Virus record (IMG/VR): IMGVR_UViG_3300031463_000001
Location: 32,001 to 96,000 of that record
From: a virus
DNA length: 64,000 bases
Reading direction: 5' to 3' (one strand)
Position 1 is the first letter of the stretch. Every line of letters starts with the position of its first letter. Shown here piece by piece: positions 59,070-64,000 of the stretch. The notes beneath the pieces are model-generated. The model was given only the letters and a program-made list of their open reading frames with translations. It had not been told where the DNA came from and searched no databases. A program made the translations under genes and the position numbers.

Positions 59070-59626
59070 ACATAGAAGATTTATTAAAACATCCAGAAAA
59101 AGCAAGAACGTTTTTGGACAAGGCTATTTTTGGTGGAAACAAAAAATTAGCTGAAATTTTAATTCCAATAGTTAAACATCCTTATTCAACTTATTTATAT
59201 GCAAAAGAAATAGTTAAGGGAAAAATAAAAGATGAATGGGAATATATTATTGCTCAAGATCCTTATGCTTCTCTTGATTATGCCTTTAACATTCTAAAAG
59301 GTCCATTTCCAAAAGGAGAAGATGCAATTGCTAGAGATTCATATACTTCTTATAATTATGCTGTTATTTTAGAAAGACCGTGGCCAAAGGGAGAGGATGT
59401 TATTGCTAGAGATCCAAGATTTGCTTATTATTATGCTAGATATGTGTTGAAGGATAGATTTCCAAAAGGAGAAAAAGAAATTATTAGTAGTGAGATTACT
59501 GATCCGGGTAATGATTTTGGTGAAAATGGTGAATCAGGTTTTTCTTCTTATGTTAAGTTTTTGAAATCAATAAATAAATTAGACGAATTCTTAAAAGATC
59601 ATCCGGAGGTAAAAGATAGAGTATGA
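59066..59626 (+). CDS. 26-aa repeat family protein
   Basis: Family caps; insertion in C-cap loop. Confidence 0.9.
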   Translation: MNIEDLLKHPEKARTFLDKAIFGGNKKLAEILIPIVKHPYSTYLYAKEIVKGKIKDEWEYIIAQDPYASLDYAFNILKGPFPKGEDAIARDSYTSYNYAVILERPWPKGEDVIARDPRFAYYYARYVLKDRFPKGEKEIISSEITDPGNDFGENGESGFSSYVKFLKSINKLDEFLKDHPEVKDRV

Positions 59627-60087
59627 ATATAGAAGATTTATTAAAACATCCAGAAAAAGCACAAATGGCTTTGCGAGAAGCTATTTGGAATAATGATGCA
59701 AAATTAGCAGAAGCTTTAATACCAATAGCAAGAGATCCACATTTAACTCTTAATTATGCTCAAAATATAGTTAAGGGAAAAGTTAAAATTGAGTTTGAAG
59801 ATATTATAGCCCGAGATGGAGAAGCTTCTTTTTATTATGCTTATGAAGTCTTAAATGGTCCCTTTCCTAGAGGAGAATATGCAATTGCTGAAAATGAAGA
59901 TCTTTCATTAGATTATGCGATTAAAGTATTAAAGGATAGATTTCCAAAAGGAGAAGAAGCAATTATATATGTAGCTTTAAAGCATGATGATGATGTATAT
60001 TTATGGAGATATACGGATTTTCTTAAAGAGATTGGTAAACTAGACGAATTCTTAAAAGATCATCCTGAGGTAAAAGATATAGAATGA
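59623..60087 (+). CDS. 26-aa repeat family protein
   Basis: Family caps and repeats. Confidence 0.9.
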   Translation: MNIEDLLKHPEKAQMALREAIWNNDAKLAEALIPIARDPHLTLNYAQNIVKGKVKIEFEDIIARDGEASFYYAYEVLNGPFPRGEYAIAENEDLSLDYAIKVLKDRFPKGEEAIIYVALKHDDDVYLWRYTDFLKEIGKLDEFLKDHPEVKDIE

Positions 60088-60608
60088 ACATAGGTGATTT
60101 ACTAAAAGAAGGAGCGGATAGTGTTTTCGATAAAGCAATAAAAGAAAAAAATAAAGAGTTAGCAGATTTTCTAATTAAGTTTATAAAAGATCCTTTTCTT
60201 CTTTTCGATTATGCAGCTAAATTTAATGAAAAATTAAAACCTGAATTTGAAGATATTATTGCTAAAAATTGGGATACATCCTTTTATTATGCACTTCATT
60301 TTAAAAATCCTTTTCCTAAAGGTGAAGATATAATGGCAAAAGATTTGTATACTGCCTATCATTATGCAGCTGATGTTTTACAAGGACCATTTCCAAAAGG
60401 TGAACCTATAATTTCTCAATTTCCATATTCATCATATTATTATGCTAAAAGGATATTGCATGATAGATTTCCAAAAGGAGAAAAAGCAATTATTGATAGC
60501 AAAGATCAAGAAAATGATGAAGATTATTTTAGACTCTATATTAAATTTTTAAAATCCATTAATAAACTAGATGAATTCTTAAAAGATCATCCAGAAGTTA
60601 AATTATGA
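60084..60608 (+). CDS. 26-aa repeat family protein
   Basis: Family caps and repeats. Confidence 0.9.
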   Translation: MNIGDLLKEGADSVFDKAIKEKNKELADFLIKFIKDPFLLFDYAAKFNEKLKPEFEDIIAKNWDTSFYYALHFKNPFPKGEDIMAKDLYTAYHYAADVLQGPFPKGEPIISQFPYSSYYYAKRILHDRFPKGEKAIIDSKDQENDEDYFRLYIKFLKSINKLDEFLKDHPEVKL

Positions 60609-61795
60609 ATATAGAAGATTTGTTAAGGGATCCAAATAGGGTTAAAGAATTATTAGATGAAGTTATTAATAATGGAAACAAAAAATTAGCTAAAGTTTTA
60701 CTTCCATTAGTTGAAAAAGAGTCAACTAGATATGGTTACATAGAGTCATTATTGAAGGGTAGAGAAATTGTAGCTGATTTCGAATCACGATTACCTGTTT
60801 TGATTAAACAGTATAAGGCTCACAATCCAGAATTATCTGAAAGTGAAGCCGAAGCTAAGATTCGTGAATTGAATCAATATGATCCAACGGGTTTAAAAGC
60901 TACATATACACCCTGGATTGTAAAACAGTATTTGGAAGATTCATCATTCGATTTGGATTTAGCTAAACAAGTTTTGAAGGATCTTGAAAAGGTTGTTTTA
61001 CATAAGAAACTACCTGCAGGATTCGATATTGGAAAGTTTAACTTAAATGAATTGAAATCGAAACTTCAACCAATACTTGAGCCAATTGAAGAGTCGGAAA
61101 AGGAGAAGGAAGAGATTAAAAAAGAAGGTCCAATAGGTCAATCATTAATCTCTGAAGAGGGTTATGAAATTATTGAAGTTACTGATCCAAAAGATAGTGT
61201 AAGATTCTGTAAAAAATATCATATTAGGTCTTGGTGTGTAAAGGATTTGGAGTATGCAGAGTTTTACGTTCCTCTCTACTTCGTTTTAAAGAATGGTTCG
61301 CCAAAAGGTGCATGGTCAGAATATGATAAAAAGCTCAGTAATCGACAAGATTTAGATGAGTGGGATCTTGATGAAAGAGATTTTATAGCAAAACTATTAA
61401 GAAAAGTTAGACCTAATTTAACAATAAAGACAAAAGAAGAAATGAAAAGGGAAGCTTTGAATTCTCCGGAGAAAGCTTATAATTATGCATTTAAGGTTAA
61501 AGGAAGATTTCCAGAAGGAGAACCTATAATAGCAAAAAGTCCTAAATATGCTTATTATTATGCAAGAGATGTTATTAAAGAAAGATTTCCTAAAGGGGAG
61601 CCTGCTATAGCAAAAGATTTTTATTTTGCGTGTCTGTATGCAAAATTTGTTATTAAAGGAAGATTTTTAGAAGGAGAAGCTGTAATAATAAATTCAAATT
61701 ATTTTGATGATTATGTTGAGTTTCTTAAAGAAATAAATAAACTAGATGAGTTCCTAAAAGATCACCCAGAAGTTAAAAATTACAAGTCTTTTTAA
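60605..61795 (+). CDS. Repeat family protein with a large inserted domain
   Basis: N-cap, then an unrelated ~240-aa insert (DPTG.K.TY..WI...Y; SWCV...Y.PLYFV.KNG), then repeats and C-cap. Confidence 0.85.
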   Translation: MNIEDLLRDPNRVKELLDEVINNGNKKLAKVLLPLVEKESTRYGYIESLLKGREIVADFESRLPVLIKQYKAHNPELSESEAEAKIRELNQYDPTGLKATYTPWIVKQYLEDSSFDLDLAKQVLKDLEKVVLHKKLPAGFDIGKFNLNELKSKLQPILEPIEESEKEKEEIKKEGPIGQSLISEEGYEIIEVTDPKDSVRFCKKYHIRSWCVKDLEYAEFYVPLYFVLKNGSPKGAWSEYDKKLSNRQDLDEWDLDERDFIAKLLRKVRPNLTIKTKEEMKREALNSPEKAYNYAFKVKGRFPEGEPIIAKSPKYAYYYARDVIKERFPKGEPAIAKDFYFACLYAKFVIKGRFLEGEAVIINSNYFDDYVEFLKEINKLDEFLKDHPEVKNYKSF

Positions 61796-61872
61796 AATTA
61801 AGTTTCTTCCATCTTAAGGGGGAAATTCTTTTCTATTTTTGTGTATAATAATCTATTATTGAAGGAGAAAAA

Positions 61873-63231
61873 ATGAATATTGAGAAGAGTTTCCTTAAAA
61901 AATTATTAAGTAATTCTAGTTTTTTAGATAGAGCATTATTTAGAGGAATTGATTCAAGTTTTTTTGTTGAACCTTCCTATTCATGGTTAATGGAAGTTAT
62001 AATATGGTTTTATTCCAAATATAGAGTATTACCCACCAAAGAAGATATTAGGTCTATAGTTGATTGTTCTAATAAATTAGATGATTTTAGAAAACAAGAT
62101 ATTTTAGTTGTTTTAGAAGATTTGTTTAGTAGTGAGGATATATCTTCCGATTTTAATTTTTTGATGGACTCATTGTTAACTCATTATCAAGAAAATCAAC
62201 TTAAAATGCTTTTATTTTCTACTTCATCTAAATTGAGAGAAGGTAGAAAAGATGTTTTAAGTGATTTAAAAGATAAACTTATTGAGTTAGAGAATAAGAT
62301 TAGTTTTAAAGGGGATGAGGTTAATTTAGGAAAAGATTCTTTAGCTAGAATAACTAAATATGAAGAAGGAAAAGTTGATAATACAAGAGGAGTTGAATTA
62401 GGATTTCCAACTTTTGATAATCTAACTTGGGGATTGAAAGAGGGTTGGGTAGTAGTTGTTTTAGGAGCAAATAAGTCGGGTAAAAGTGTATTTTTGTTGA
62501 ATTCAGCTATTAATGCCTATCAAAAAGGAAAAAATGTTTTGTTTGTATCTTTAGAAATTCCAAAAGATCAATTTCTTTATAGATATGATTCTTGTAGAAG
62601 TGGAATTGTTTATGATAGGTTGGTGAGAGGATTAACTTCAAAAGATGAATTAGAGATTATTAAGAAAAATTTAAAGGAAGACTTAGAAAGAAGTAATATT
62701 TTTTATTTAGTGGATATTGTTAATTTTTCTGCTCATACTCTTTATAGTCTTGTAAAACGTTTACCATTTAAACCTGATTTAGTTGTAATTGATTATATGG
62801 GATTAATGAAAACAACTTCTAGGGGAGATAAGATGTGGGAAATTTTTTCTAAAATTGGGTTAGAATTAAGAGAAGTTGCTAGAGTTTTAAAATTTCCAGT
62901 ATTAACAGCCATGCAAGTTAATAGAGAGGCATATAAAAATAATGAGAAAGATGTTTATGGGGTAGAGGATATAGCTTTATCTTTTTTGTTAACATGTCAT
63001 GTTGATTTGGTGATGTCTTTAAAAATTTTAAATAGGCAAGCTATATATGAGGGAAATAATGATGGAGTTGAATTGGCTTCCACTATAGTAGCATCCAGAG
63101 TTAGTAAAGGGGGTAAATTTTCTATTTGGGCAGATTTTTCTAGGATGCAAATGAAAGAATTTAAAGTGGATACCACATCGAATAATTCTAGTTCTGATTT
63201 ACCTAATTCATCTGAGGTATTAAAATGGTAA
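61873..63231 (+). CDS. dnaB: Replicative DnaB-like helicase
   Basis: LGFPTFDNLTWGL, GANKSGKS, FVSLE, VVIDYMGLM, PVLTAMQVNR. Confidence 0.9.
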   Translation: MNIEKSFLKKLLSNSSFLDRALFRGIDSSFFVEPSYSWLMEVIIWFYSKYRVLPTKEDIRSIVDCSNKLDDFRKQDILVVLEDLFSSEDISSDFNFLMDSLLTHYQENQLKMLLFSTSSKLREGRKDVLSDLKDKLIELENKISFKGDEVNLGKDSLARITKYEEGKVDNTRGVELGFPTFDNLTWGLKEGWVVVVLGANKSGKSVFLLNSAINAYQKGKNVLFVSLEIPKDQFLYRYDSCRSGIVYDRLVRGLTSKDELEIIKKNLKEDLERSNIFYLVDIVNFSAHTLYSLVKRLPFKPDLVVIDYMGLMKTTSRGDKMWEIFSKIGLELREVARVLKFPVLTAMQVNREAYKNNEKDVYGVEDIALSFLLTCHVDLVMSLKILNRQAIYEGNNDGVELASTIVASRVSKGGKFSIWADFSRMQMKEFKVDTTSNNSSSDLPNSSEVLKW

Positions 63232-63392
63232 TGATTTTGATATTGAGTATACTAATAGGAATCTTGATAGGATCATTATGTTATAGAAAAGGTTTTAAAG
63301 ATGGAGGACATAAAGCAATAGAAATTTATAAACAGGAAATTTTTAAGGATGATGATGAGATAATCATTATGCATAAAGGAGGGTTTAAATGA
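63225..63392 (+). CDS. Small membrane protein (not in ORF track)
   Basis: MVMILILSILIGILIGSLCYRKGFKDG...; overlaps dnaB stop and queE start. Confidence 0.55.
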   Translation: MVMILILSILIGILIGSLCYRKGFKDGGHKAIEIYKQEIFKDDDEIIIMHKGGFK

Positions 63393-64000
63393 TGCAAAAA
63401 TATAATGTAGTAGAAATATTTGGTCCTACTATTCAAGGAGAAGGTTGTTTAATAGGAAAGAAGGTAAGTTTTATAAGATTTTGGGGATGCGATTATAGAT
63501 GTGCTTTTTGTGATACTAAGTATGCTTATGAAGAAAAAAATTATATGAAAATGACTGTTTCATCTATAATTAAGAAACTTGAAAAAAATTATACTTCTAC
63601 AGTAGTAATTACAGGAGGAAATCCTTGCATATATGATTTAACTGAATTAATAAAAGAATTAAAAGAAAGAGGATTTTTTGTTTGTGTAGAAACTCAAGGA
63701 AGTCTTTTTCCTGATTGGTTAAGTTTAGTTGATTTAGTAGTAATTTCACCTAAACCTCCTTCAGCAAAAACAAAAAATTTTGATATTAAAAATTTTGGAA
63801 TAAGTTCGAGATATTTACTTAATTACATAATTAAACCTGTAGTAGATATAAATAATAAAGAGGATATGAAATGGTTGGATAAATTATATGAAGAATTAGG
63901 AGAAAGTACTCTTTTTTATATTCAATTATGCACCTATAAAAAAGATAATCAAATTTCATTATTAAAAAGGTATAGAAAACTTGTTGAATATGTTATGAAA
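63389..64000 (+). CDS. queE: 7-carboxy-7-deazaguanine synthase QueE (radical SAM), runs off window end
   Basis: AGGAGG RBS; MMQKYNVVEIFGPTIQGEG...FIRFWGCDYRCAFCDTKY (CxxxCxxC), VITGGNP, VETQGS, ISPKPPS. Confidence 0.9.
   Translation, partial: MMQKYNVVEIFGPTIQGEGCLIGKKVSFIRFWGCDYRCAFCDTKYAYEEKNYMKMTVSSIIKKLEKNYTSTVVITGGNPCIYDLTELIKELKERGFFVCVETQGSLFPDWLSLVDLVVISPKPPSAKTKNFDIKNFGISSRYLLNYIIKPVVDINNKEDMKWLDKLYEELGESTLFYIQLCTYKKDNQISLLKRYRKLVEYVMK

Noticed and set aside
12567-61795. Diversity-generating retroelement as the source of repeat-family variation
   Set aside because: No reverse transcriptase in the window, no noncoding template copy, and differences between repeats are not confined to adenines by eye; an RT elsewhere in the genome cannot be excluded
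1-64000. Stop-codon reassignment as seen in some large phages
   Set aside because: Coding density is high under the standard code, and TAA, TGA and TAG all end genes at sensible boundaries
1-64000. tRNA or rRNA genes
   Set aside because: No cloverleaf with a T-loop GTTCGA in proper context and no rRNA-like sequence recognised by eye; tRNAscan-SE would be needed to exclude them fully

Overview
AT-rich segment of a large contractile-tailed (myovirus-like) phage genome, read in the standard genetic code. Bases 126-12018 (+) are a baseplate/tail-fibre module. The rest carries recognisable DNA-metabolism genes: ATP-dependent ligase fused to an HD-like domain, a LigD-like primase-polymerase domain, RuvB, SF2 and DnaB helicases, a 5'-nucleotidase, Gat-QueC and QueE (7-deazaguanine DNA modification), a solo TnpB, and a MoxR-AAA/VWA pair. 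The dominant unexplained feature is a family of about 30 paralogous proteins built as N-cap (MNIxDLLKDP...), a variable number of 26-aa repeats with hypervariable Tyr/Ser/aromatic-rich positions, and C-cap (...LDEFLKDHPEVKL). They sit in translationally coupled head-to-tail arrays. Each gene is bounded by an in-frame direct repeat (GAxTTxTTAAAAGAT). An apparent empty cassette is present at 59022-59069, along with mosaic segments, frameshifted copies and cargo-domain fusions (for example an RNA polymerase alpha-CTD). The same N-terminal peptide also tags unrelated proteins, suggesting a targeting or packaging signal. A twin-hairpin element at 44411-44514 matches the translation-initiation regions of the AAA/VWA genes. 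All family assignments come from motif recognition by eye; no database searches were run.
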